Assembly: GCA_040390065.1 (NCBI GenBank)
Contig: JAZJZE010000017.1
Location: forward strand, 31,274-95,273
DNA: 64,000 nucleotides
Direction: 5' to 3'
Source: a bacterium
Lineage (GTDB): Archaea; Thermoplasmatota; E2; JACPAO01; JAHFTW01
Shown: positions 16,267 through 24,439 of the stretch, in pieces
Numbering within the stretch: position 1 is the first letter of the stretch
How the letters are laid out: every line of letters starts with the position of its first letter
The notes under the pieces: model-generated
Databases searched by the model: none
What the model was told of the DNA's origin: nothing
Seen by the model: only the letters and a program-made list of their open reading frames with translations
Position numbers and translations under genes: made by a program

Positions 16267-18018
16267 ATGCAAAGGTATGGAACGGCGGCGGACGGCCTGC
16301 GGCGCCTCTACGCCGTGGGGGCCTTCCTTCTGCTGGCCATCCTCGTCGTGGCTGCGGCGTCCAACTGGCGCGGCGCCGAAGCGTTTGCCGATGCTTGCGT
16401 CACCGTCATGGCCATCGCCGTGGGTCTTGCCGGCCTTTGGCGGGGCCGAATCCTGGAGAGCCAGCGGCGCCTCGCCTGGAACCTCCTGAGTCTCGGCTGC
16501 CTGGCGTGGGGGCTTGGCAACGCCGTCTGGACCGCTGGCGTCCTCCTCGGCAAGCCTCCGGGGACGGTCAGCCTGGCCGACGCCGGATACTTGCCTCTCG
16601 TCCCGCTTGCCGCCACGGCGCTTCTCACCATGGTCGTCGGCACGACGAACTTGGCATCGCGCCTGCGCATCGCCCTCGATGCCCTGCTGACATCGTGCTC
16701 CGTATTGTTCGTGGCGTACGCGGCGGGCCTTCGTCCCCTCGTCCAACACGTGACCGAGCAGCCCACGACAATCGGACGCGCCGTGGCCTTGGCGTATCCG
16801 GTCGGCGACCTGTTCCTCCTGGCCCTCCTGATCCTCGTCATGCCGCGCGTGCCTGCCGAGGTCCGCCGCACCCTGGCGTGGCTCGGCGTCGCCCTGCTTG
16901 CCGTCCTCGGCTCGCACCTCGGATACCTGGTCTTCGGCGCGGAGGCGGCAAGCCGGGCCGTGCTGTGGTCGGACGCCAGCCGGCTCCTCGGCTTCGTCAT
17001 CGTCGGCTACGCCGCCATCCGGCCCATCGAGGCCGCGCAGCCGCTGACACCGACCAAGCCCGGGCCCGTCGGGGCGCTCCTGCCACTTGCACCGTTTGCC
17101 ATCTGCATGGTCGTGGCCATCCAGTTGGAACTGCGCGACGGCATCCTGGAGCCGTTCCTGTTCTGGAGCGCCATCATCGTCGTGTTGTCGCTGGCCGCCC
17201 GGCAGTCGTTCATGCTGAACGAGAACTACGTGCTGCGGCAACAGGCGGACCACGCCTTGGACCTCCTGAGGCTGCAGGAGCGGCAGCGCACGCAGATGCT
17301 CAACAACATCACGCACGACATGCGGCACCACCTCTCGCCGGCCGTCATGCACCTCGCCATGATCGATGCATGGTCCGACCCCGTCTCCGAGCGACAGAAG
17401 CGCAGCCTCGGCATCGTGCGCCGCAGCACGGACCAAGTGACGCGCCTTGCCTCCGACCTGAGCGACGCCGCCAGCCTGGAAGCCGGCCGCTTCGCCGTCC
17501 AACTGGCGCCCACGGACCTGGCCCGCGTCGTCCGCGACGCGACGGAGTCACTGCAAGGCATGGCCCTGGAACGCTCCGTTGCGCTGGACGTCGACGCGGC
17601 CGCCGAGGTTCCCGTGGCCGGTGACCACGACCGCCTCGTCCAAGTCGTCTTCAACCTAGTCTCGAACGCCATCCGGTTCACGCCTGCCGGGAAGCGGGTG
17701 CAGGTGCGGGCCTTGCGCGACGGCGGCCGCGCCCGCGTCATGGTACGTGACGAGGGCCGTGGCCTCGAGGCGCAAGAGATGGCGCGCTTGTTCTCGGCGT
17801 TCACCCAGGTACACGCCAAAGCTGGGCGTAAGGAACCCGGCATGGGACTCGGCCTGTTCATCAGCCGCGGCATCGTCGAGCAGCACCAGGGCACGATCGG
17901 TGTGACCTCCGATGGGCTGGGGCTCGGCTCCACGTTCCAGTTCGAGATGCCTGCCGCGCCGTCGCCCGAACGGCCGACGACGGATTCCGCCGTCGCACGC
18001 TTGTCCCAAAAAGTTTGA
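16267..18018 (+). CDS. Sensor histidine kinase with polytopic membrane N-terminal domain (no cognate response regulator nearby)
   Basis: H-box NITHDMRHHLSP, N-box FNLVSNAIRFTP, DEGRGL, and GMGLGLFISRGIVEQHQGTI. About 8 hydrophobic spans lie upstream. Confidence 0.85.
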   Translation: MQRYGTAADGLRRLYAVGAFLLLAILVVAAASNWRGAEAFADACVTVMAIAVGLAGLWRGRILESQRRLAWNLLSLGCLAWGLGNAVWTAGVLLGKPPGTVSLADAGYLPLVPLAATALLTMVVGTTNLASRLRIALDALLTSCSVLFVAYAAGLRPLVQHVTEQPTTIGRAVALAYPVGDLFLLALLILVMPRVPAEVRRTLAWLGVALLAVLGSHLGYLVFGAEAASRAVLWSDASRLLGFVIVGYAAIRPIEAAQPLTPTKPGPVGALLPLAPFAICMVVAIQLELRDGILEPFLFWSAIIVVLSLAARQSFMLNENYVLRQQADHALDLLRLQERQRTQMLNNITHDMRHHLSPAVMHLAMIDAWSDPVSERQKRSLGIVRRSTDQVTRLASDLSDAASLEAGRFAVQLAPTDLARVVRDATESLQGMALERSVALDVDAAAEVPVAGDHDRLVQVVFNLVSNAIRFTPAGKRVQVRALRDGGRARVMVRDEGRGLEAQEMARLFSAFTQVHAKAGRKEPGMGLGLFISRGIVEQHQGTIGVTSDGLGLGSTFQFEMPAAPSPERPTTDSAVARLSQKV

Positions 18019-18044
18019 CAGGCTTTACGACGGACTGAAAGGCC

Positions 18045-18569
18045 ATGCACACGAAACTCGTCGTGGGCGCGGCCCTGTCCGTGCTCACCATGGTGCTTGC
18101 CGGTTGCACGGGACAGTTCACCGTGCACCAGACCGAACCCCTGCGCATCCAGTTGGAGGGCGGCGCATCGCGGGACCTGCGGGTCGCCCCGGGTGACTCT
18201 GAACCCCAGAAGGTGGAAGTCGAGAACACCAAGAACGCCGAAACGATCAACGTCGAGGTGCATGTCACGCAAGTGGACGACGGGGCGTGCACGGTTCACG
18301 TCGTCGTCCAGGACAAGGACACGGGTGAGGAGCTCGAGTCCCGTGACATCAACGTCAACGTGAACATGACGACCACGACGACGACCACCACCACAACGAC
18401 GACGGCAGGCTCTGGCCAGACCGTCGTGCAGAATTTCTTCGTGAACGCAAAGGGCCACAGCCTCGTCGTCATCACGAACGCAATCCAAGGGACGGCGGAC
18501 GTCAACGTCGCGGCCCAGTCCAAGGATGTCTCGCAAGGCGGCAACACCTCGACGACCTCTGCGTATTGA
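18045..18569 (+). CDS. Lipoprotein with poly-Thr tract, hypothetical
   Basis: Lipobox VLAGC after a signal peptide, plus an internal T12 run. Confidence 0.65.
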   Translation: MHTKLVVGAALSVLTMVLAGCTGQFTVHQTEPLRIQLEGGASRDLRVAPGDSEPQKVEVENTKNAETINVEVHVTQVDDGACTVHVVVQDKDTGEELESRDINVNVNMTTTTTTTTTTTTAGSGQTVVQNFFVNAKGHSLVVITNAIQGTADVNVAAQSKDVSQGGNTSTTSAY

Positions 18570-18720
18570 GCCCCTTTTCCTCTTCCTTCTCCCCCTTTCC
18601 GTCATACGGGATGGACCGTCACGGCCGCGCCCGCGGCGCACCCCTTAAATGAGAGCCCCAAGTCCCGCGTTCCAGGGGCAGTCTCATCCGCCCAGTTGAA
18701 GGCCGCCCCTTTGGTGAGCC

Positions 18721-19554
18721 ATGCCCGTTGTGCCCGTGAAGTCTCTCGGCCGACCCCTGCACGTCGCCGTCGCCATGAAGATGACGCCGGATGCGACCGA
18801 CCTCACCATCGACCCGGTCAAGAAAACGCTTGACCGCAGCAAGGTCAAGAACATCATCAACCCGCCCGACGAGAACGCGTTCGAACTGGCGTTGCAGTTC
18901 AAGGACCGGTACGGCGCCCAAGTGTCCGTCCTGACCATGGGCCCGCCCTTCTTCGACGTCATGCTCCGCGAATGCGTCGCGCGCGGCGCCGACCGCGGCG
19001 TCCTCATCACGGACCGTGCATTTGCCGGCGCAGATACCTGGCCGACATCCATGACCATCGCGGCCGGCGTGAAGAAGATCAGCCGGACGTGGGGCGACGT
19101 CGACATCATCCTCTTTGGCGAAGAGACGACGGATGCGTCGACCGGACAGGTCGGGCCTGGTGTTGCGGGCCAGCTTGGCGTCGAGCAGGCCACGTACATC
19201 CACAGCCTCGACTGGGACCCGGTTGCGGAGCGCCTCACGGCCACACGCTCCATCGGCGGCGGCCACGAGGTCCTGCGGATGCCGTTGCCCGCAGCCGTGA
19301 CGTGCGAGCTCAAGATGAACCGACCGCGTCTCGCAAGCCTCGCGGGCAAACTGCGCGGCGCGTCCACGCAACTCGTCGTCTGGAGCCTTGCAGATCTTGC
19401 CGACATCAAGGACCCGTCCTGGGTCGGCCTCAAGGGCAGCCCCACCATCGTCGGCAAGGTCGACATCTCCGCCGGCTTCGACCGCCACGTGAAGAAGTTG
19501 CCAGACGCCAAGGCCGCCGTCGACGAACTCTTCGCGAAAGGGGCGGTGGCCTGA
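18721..19554 (+). CDS. etfB: Electron transfer flavoprotein beta subunit
   Basis: NPPDENAFELALQFKD, VSVLTMGPP, DILFGEETTDASTGQVGP. The stop overlaps the etfA ATG by 1 nt. Confidence 0.9.
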   Translation: MPVVPVKSLGRPLHVAVAMKMTPDATDLTIDPVKKTLDRSKVKNIINPPDENAFELALQFKDRYGAQVSVLTMGPPFFDVMLRECVARGADRGVLITDRAFAGADTWPTSMTIAAGVKKISRTWGDVDIILFGEETTDASTGQVGPGVAGQLGVEQATYIHSLDWDPVAERLTATRSIGGGHEVLRMPLPAAVTCELKMNRPRLASLAGKLRGASTQLVVWSLADLADIKDPSWVGLKGSPTIVGKVDISAGFDRHVKKLPDAKAAVDELFAKGAVA

Positions 19555-21278
19555 TGGCCGACGTGAATCCCACGGTCGAGGCCCGCCGCACAGGCCGCGG
19601 CAGCCGCTACGACGCCGTGACCTTCCGCGCCTGCGAACCCTGCAAGGACTTTGCCCAATGGAAGGGCGTCTGGGTCATCGCCGAACACCGCGACGGCAAA
19701 CTGCGCGACGTGACGCGCGAACTCCTGGGCGCCGCGAAGCCCATGGCGGACAAGCTCAACCAGAAGATCACGGCCGTCATCCTTGGCCACGACGTGGGCG
19801 CCATGCCGCAGGAACTCGTCGCCGCCGGCGCCGACCAAGTGCTCGTCTGCGACCACGCGATCCTGAAGACGCCGCTCGCCCGGCCGAGCACCGACGTCCT
19901 CAACAAGCTCATCGAGGAGCGCAAGCCCAACGTCGTCCTCATCGGCGCCACGCACACGGGCCGCGACATCAGTTCGCGTGTTGCCGCCACCATCGACGCC
20001 GGCATGACGGCGGACTGCACGGAACTCGACGTCGATGCCGCGAACGGCGAACTCCTGGCACGCCGCCCGGCGTTTGGCGGCAAGATGCTGGCAACCATCC
20101 GCTGTGACCGCCACCGGCCGCAGATGGCGACGGCGCGTCCGGGCATCTTCAAGCCGTTGGCCGCCGACGCCAAACGCAAGGGCTCCATCGAACAAGTCGA
20201 CGTTGCGTGGCTGTCGCAGCGCACGTACGCCGCGCAACTCGTCGACTACGTCATCGACACGGCCTTCGACATCACGAAGGAGGACATCCTCGTCGCGGGC
20301 GGCATGGGCATCGGCGGACCCGAAGGCTTTGCCAAACTCGAGGAACTAGCGCTTGCCCTCGGCGGCCAAGTCGCTTGCTCTCGCCCTGTTGCGGACAAGG
20401 GCTGGCAGCCGCGCACACGGCAAGTCGGCCAGACCGGCGTCTCCGTGCGGCCGAAACTGTACATCGCCGTCGGCATCTCCGGCGCCATCCAGCACATCGA
20501 GGGCATGAAGGAATCCGGTACGATCATCGCCATCAACGCCGACCCCAACGCGGCCATCTTCGCCTACGCCGACATCGGCATCGTGGGCGACTGGAAGGGC
20601 CACGTCGACGCCCTCATCGTGGAGGCCAAGAAGCGCAATCTGGCCAAGGCGAAGTGGATGGTGCCGACGAAGGACACGCTCGACGCCGACCGGCAAGCAG
20701 CGGCCGAACGCGCGGCGAAAGCCAAGGCACCCGCGACGCCACCCGTGACCGCGCAACCGCCGATGCCGCCGAGCCCGGCGACCAAAGTCGAACCCAAGCA
20801 CGAGTCGCCGAAGGATTCGCGGCCGCCCCGCCCGACCTCGGAGCAGAAGGCCCCCGCGACGGCCGAAGCAAGCCCTGCGGCCAAGGCGGCTGTTGCGGAG
20901 CCGAAGCCCGCCGCGCAGGCCACGGTGCAAGTCGCTGCACCAGGCGCCACTGCCGCGTTCCCCGCCAAGTTCGCGGGCAACGCCAAGGACGTCGCGGCCG
21001 TCAAGGTCTACGCCAAAACCGTCCCCGAGGACCAGAAGGCCTGGGTCGTCGCCGCCGACTGCATCGTCTGCAACGGCTGCCAAGCCGCCTGCCCGACGGA
21101 CGCCGCCATCGTCACGGACATGGCGCGCGTCGACCGCGACCTCTGCATCGCCGACGGCGCCTGCTTCGACGCCTGCCCAACGGACGCCATCCGGCCGGGC
21201 CTCGAGGAGAAAGCCAAGAGCGGGGGCTGGCCGAAGGGATCGCGCCTGGCGGGGCAGTTCGGGACGCCGGAAGCGTAG
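19554..21278 (+). CDS. etfA: Electron transfer flavoprotein alpha subunit fused to a C-terminal Pro/Ala/Lys-rich linker and ferredoxin (Fe-S) domain
   Basis: VWVIAEHRDGKL, ILVAGGMGIG, VGQTGVSVRPKLYIAVGISGAIQH, then CIVCNGCQAACPTDA...CIADGACFDACPTDA at about 21060-21200. Confidence 0.88.
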   Translation: MADVNPTVEARRTGRGSRYDAVTFRACEPCKDFAQWKGVWVIAEHRDGKLRDVTRELLGAAKPMADKLNQKITAVILGHDVGAMPQELVAAGADQVLVCDHAILKTPLARPSTDVLNKLIEERKPNVVLIGATHTGRDISSRVAATIDAGMTADCTELDVDAANGELLARRPAFGGKMLATIRCDRHRPQMATARPGIFKPLAADAKRKGSIEQVDVAWLSQRTYAAQLVDYVIDTAFDITKEDILVAGGMGIGGPEGFAKLEELALALGGQVACSRPVADKGWQPRTRQVGQTGVSVRPKLYIAVGISGAIQHIEGMKESGTIIAINADPNAAIFAYADIGIVGDWKGHVDALIVEAKKRNLAKAKWMVPTKDTLDADRQAAAERAAKAKAPATPPVTAQPPMPPSPATKVEPKHESPKDSRPPRPTSEQKAPATAEASPAAKAAVAEPKPAAQATVQVAAPGATAAFPAKFAGNAKDVAAVKVYAKTVPEDQKAWVVAADCIVCNGCQAACPTDAAIVTDMARVDRDLCIADGACFDACPTDAIRPGLEEKAKSGGWPKGSRLAGQFGTPEA

Positions 21279-21293
21279 TCGGCCACGCGTGAG

Positions 21294-21301
21294 CCTTAAG
21301 G
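21294..21301 (+). promoter_or_regulatory. TATA-like box ccTTAAgg
   Basis: About 26 nt upstream of the GTG at 21324. Confidence 0.4.
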
Positions 21302-21323
21302 GGCCCACGGCAAGTCCCCCAGC

Positions 21324-21905
21324 GTGGTTGTTCCCGCCCGGACCGACGCCCCCGCCCGCGGCCCCGCCGCCGTTCGCCCGATGGTCCCCTTGCCCACCCA
21401 GCCCGAGCCCGGACTGAAGGGCATCTGGCTCGTCACCGGCCTCCTGGGCTTGCTGCCGTTGGTCGCCTTCTTCGCCATCCCGGCCATCTTCTTCATGGTC
21501 GCCACGCAACACGAGGGCGCCCCTCCGTTCGCCTTCTTCCTGCTGCCCGTCGTCTTCATGGCCATTCCGCTCATCGGTCTCATCGCCTCCATCGTCGTCC
21601 GGCAGGCGGGCTTCAAGCACTACTCGTTCGACATCGGCCCCGACCACGTCACGGTCCGCCGCGGGATCATCATGAAACGCGAGGAGCACATCCCCTATGC
21701 ACGCATCCAGGACGTCGTCGTCCAGCAAGGATGGCTCCTGCGCCGGCAAGGCCTGTTCACGCTGCAGCTGGACACGGCCGCCATGAACGTGGGCCGCTCG
21801 GGGAATGGCGCGAACCGCATGAACCGCATCGAGGGCATCCGCAACGGCCGGGAGATTTCGGACTACATCCTCGCACTGGCCCGCAGGACGCACCAGCCCG
21901 TCTGA
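21324..21905 (+). CDS. Membrane protein with bacterial-type PH domain (bPH_2 / YdbS-like)
   Basis: Two TM spans are followed by YSFDIGPDHVTVRRGIIMKREEHIPYARIQDVVVQQGWLLRRQGL. Confidence 0.75.
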   Translation: MVVPARTDAPARGPAAVRPMVPLPTQPEPGLKGIWLVTGLLGLLPLVAFFAIPAIFFMVATQHEGAPPFAFFLLPVVFMAIPLIGLIASIVVRQAGFKHYSFDIGPDHVTVRRGIIMKREEHIPYARIQDVVVQQGWLLRRQGLFTLQLDTAAMNVGRSGNGANRMNRIEGIRNGREISDYILALARRTHQPV

Positions 21906-21940
21906 CGAACCTTCAAGGGCCCGGCCCACGTCGCAGCCGC

Positions 21941-22987
21941 GTGCGCACCGATGGGGGCCGCTATGTCCGCCAAATCGCCGCCCTTGGCCGCGACGGCCAT
22001 CGCCGCATCCGCGACGCCAAGGTCCTCGTCGTCGGCCTCGGCGGACTCGGTTGCCCGGCGGCGTCGTATCTCGCCGGCGCCGGCGTCGGCACGATCGGCC
22101 TCTGCGACTCCGACCGCATCGAGCTCTCCAACCTGCACCGCCAACCGCTCTACACGACCGCTGACGTCGGGCGCGCCAAGGTCGAGGTGGCACTCGAACG
22201 GCTTGAGGCGATGAACCCCGATTGCGTGCTGCTGGCCATTCCGGAGCGCGCCTCGGAGGCGAACGCGGCTGGCCTGGTGCGCGGCTGGGATGTCGTCCTC
22301 GACTGCACGGACTCCGTGGACGCCCGGTACGCGCTCTCCGATGCGTGCGCCGCGCAGCGCATCCCCCTCGTGCAGGCCGGCATCGGCGCCGGCGAATCGG
22401 AGATCGCGATCCTGTGCGGCGCAGACGGGCCGTGCTACCGGTGCCTGCACCCGGCGGCCGAGGCCGCCCCGACATGCGCGGAGGAAGGCATCGTTGGCCC
22501 CGTCGCAGGCGCTGCCGGCTCCCTCCAGGCGCTCTGGACGCTACAAGTCATCACGGGCGCGGCCAGTCCAGGCCGCCTCTGTTTGCTGGACCAACGGGGG
22601 GCCGCCACAACCGTCGCCCTTACGAGGCGGGCCGGCTGCAAAGCCCATGTGAACGAGGACGGGCCGGCCTGCCCGATGCCGTGGAATGCGCCCAAGGGCG
22701 TCGACATCACCGTGCAGGATTTCGCCGCTCACCGCGACGACTTCTTCCTCCTCGACGTGCGCGAGGTCGACGAGAACGAGGAGATGGCCATCGCGGGTGG
22801 CACGCTCATCCCGCTTGGCGACCTGCCGCGCCGTCTCACGGAACTGCCGAAGGACCGGGCCATCGTCGTGTACTGCGCCGTCGGTGGCCGGTCAGGCCGG
22901 GCTGCCTCCCTTCTGCGCGACCGCGGCTTCAACGCAATGAACCTGCGTGGCGGCATCCGGGCCTGGATGATGGCGGGTTTGGCGTAG
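21941..22987 (+). CDS. moeB: MoeB/ThiF-family E1-like adenylyltransferase with C-terminal rhodanese domain (MoeZ-type)
   Basis: RYVRQI, VLVVGLGGLGCPAASYLAGAGVG, DRIELSNLHRQ, CYRC...C, then rhodanese VVYCAVGGRSGRAA. GTG start. Confidence 0.85.
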   Translation: MRTDGGRYVRQIAALGRDGHRRIRDAKVLVVGLGGLGCPAASYLAGAGVGTIGLCDSDRIELSNLHRQPLYTTADVGRAKVEVALERLEAMNPDCVLLAIPERASEANAAGLVRGWDVVLDCTDSVDARYALSDACAAQRIPLVQAGIGAGESEIAILCGADGPCYRCLHPAAEAAPTCAEEGIVGPVAGAAGSLQALWTLQVITGAASPGRLCLLDQRGAATTVALTRRAGCKAHVNEDGPACPMPWNAPKGVDITVQDFAAHRDDFFLLDVREVDENEEMAIAGGTLIPLGDLPRRLTELPKDRAIVVYCAVGGRSGRAASLLRDRGFNAMNLRGGIRAWMMAGLA

Positions 22988-22989
22988 CC

Positions 22990-23232
22990 TCAGAACTGCC
23001 GCTTGCCGTCGTTGGCGTTTGCGCCCCACAACCGGTCGGCGACTGCCAGGAGTGTGCGGATGTCGTTCGGGTCCGTGGCACAGATGACGAGGCCATCGTC
23101 GCGCTGCACCGCGCCGAAGTTGCGCACCCACCGCAGGCGTGTGCGGCCACCGTTCTCTTTCGTGTACGTCCTCAGGTCCGTGAGGGTGGCTGCAGGATTG
23201 TCGACGAGGCGGTCGAGCGTGGGCGGCTGCAC
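22990..23232 (-). CDS. Hypothetical small protein (80 aa)
   Basis: Balanced, non-shadow-like composition. No family recognised. Confidence 0.4.
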   Translation of the reverse strand: MQPPTLDRLVDNPAATLTDLRTYTKENGGRTRLRWVRNFGAVQRDDGLVICATDPNDIRTLLAVADRLWGANANDGKRQF

Positions 23233-23312
23233 GCAGGTGCCGTGGATTTCGGGGGTCTTAACATCATCGCGCGTGGGCTGTCTCGCCCGGGCGGGGCGGC
23301 ATCTCCTTGCCG

Positions 23313-23362
23313 TACCGGTTGGTCGTGCCGCGTCATCTGTTGCATCGGTTGCATCTGTTGAC
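23313..23362. repeat. 9-mer array, half copy (A5)
   Basis: catctgttg catcggttg catctgttg ac, followed by ccgtcgtggtgg. Confidence 0.6.
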
Positions 23363-23422
23363 CCGTCGTGGTGGGTCCGTTGCGGCGTCGCCGTTTTCTA
23401 TCCCACGCCCGTCGCCGTCGCC

Positions 23423-24385
23423 ATGACCGAAAACGTCCCGCAGCCCATCCCCATGGTCGGACCCGGCGCGCCCATGCAGCAAGGCGGCCCCGTCGATCCC
23501 CGCGCGGCGGAGCGCCTCAAGCGTCGCCTGCGTATCATCAACAACATGAAGCGCATCAAGCACAAGTTCATCGTCGCCTCGGGCAAGGGCGGTGTGGGCA
23601 AGTCCACGGTCGCCACGAACCTGGCGGCTGCACTCGCGGCGGCCGGGCACAAGGTCGGCATCCTCGACATGGACCTCACCGGGCCCAACGTGCCGCTCAT
23701 GCTTGGCATCCACGGCGGCGAAATGCAGGAGAACGAGCACGGCCTCACGCCGGTACAAGTGACCGACAAGTTGTCGTGCGTCTCCATGCAGTTCCTGCTC
23801 AAGGACCCGGACCAGGCCGTCATCTGGCGCGGGCCGATCAAGATGCAGATCATCGGACAGTTCCTGGGCGACGTCAATTGGGGCGACCTCGACTACCTCG
23901 TCATCGACTTGCCGCCCGGCACTTCCGACGAACCGCTGTCGGTGGCACAGAACATCCCGGAGGCCGACGGCGTCATCCTCGTCACGACCCCCCAAGAGGT
24001 TGCCGTGGGGGACGTGCGCAAGTCGGCGCAGTTCGTGCAGAAGCTCGAGTTGCCCATCCTCGGCGTCATCGAGAACATGAGCGGTCTGACGCTGAAGGGC
24101 GAGACGGCGCCCAATGCGACGGTCACCATCGACACGGGGCATGACCGGCATCGCGCGCACGCCGACGCGAAGGGGGAATTCACCGTCGTCGTGGATGTCT
24201 TCAAGCGCGGCGGCGGCAAGGCGATGGCCGAGAAGCTCGGCGTCCCGTTTTTGGGTGCCGTGCCGATGGACCTCAACGTGATGCATGGCGGCGACGAGGG
24301 GAAGCCGTTCGCACTCGCGACGCTGGATTCACCGAGCAAGGCAGCGTTCCGCAGCATCGTTGCCAAGTTGACCGCCCACCCCTGA
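23423..24385 (+). CDS. Mrp/NBP35/ApbC-family P-loop ATPase lacking the canonical CxxC
   Basis: IVASGKGGVGKSTVATNLA deviant Walker A, DLDYLVIDLPPGTSD, ENMSGL...GGGKAMAEKLGVPFLGAVPMD. Confidence 0.85.
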   Translation: MTENVPQPIPMVGPGAPMQQGGPVDPRAAERLKRRLRIINNMKRIKHKFIVASGKGGVGKSTVATNLAAALAAAGHKVGILDMDLTGPNVPLMLGIHGGEMQENEHGLTPVQVTDKLSCVSMQFLLKDPDQAVIWRGPIKMQIIGQFLGDVNWGDLDYLVIDLPPGTSDEPLSVAQNIPEADGVILVTTPQEVAVGDVRKSAQFVQKLELPILGVIENMSGLTLKGETAPNATVTIDTGHDRHRAHADAKGEFTVVVDVFKRGGGKAMAEKLGVPFLGAVPMDLNVMHGGDEGKPFALATLDSPSKAAFRSIVAKLTAHP

Positions 24386-24439
24386 GGGTCGCCTGCGTCC
24401 GCCGTGGGGCTTATCAACCGCCGCGGCAACTGCCCGCCA

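Noticed and set aside
18368-18403. Poly-ACN tracts (also about 24520-24555 and 33930-33950) as DNA-level repeats.
   Set aside because: They encode poly-Thr/Ser linkers immediately after lipoboxes or inside secreted proteins. They are ordinary low-complexity linker coding sequence and are unrelated to the spacer repeat families.
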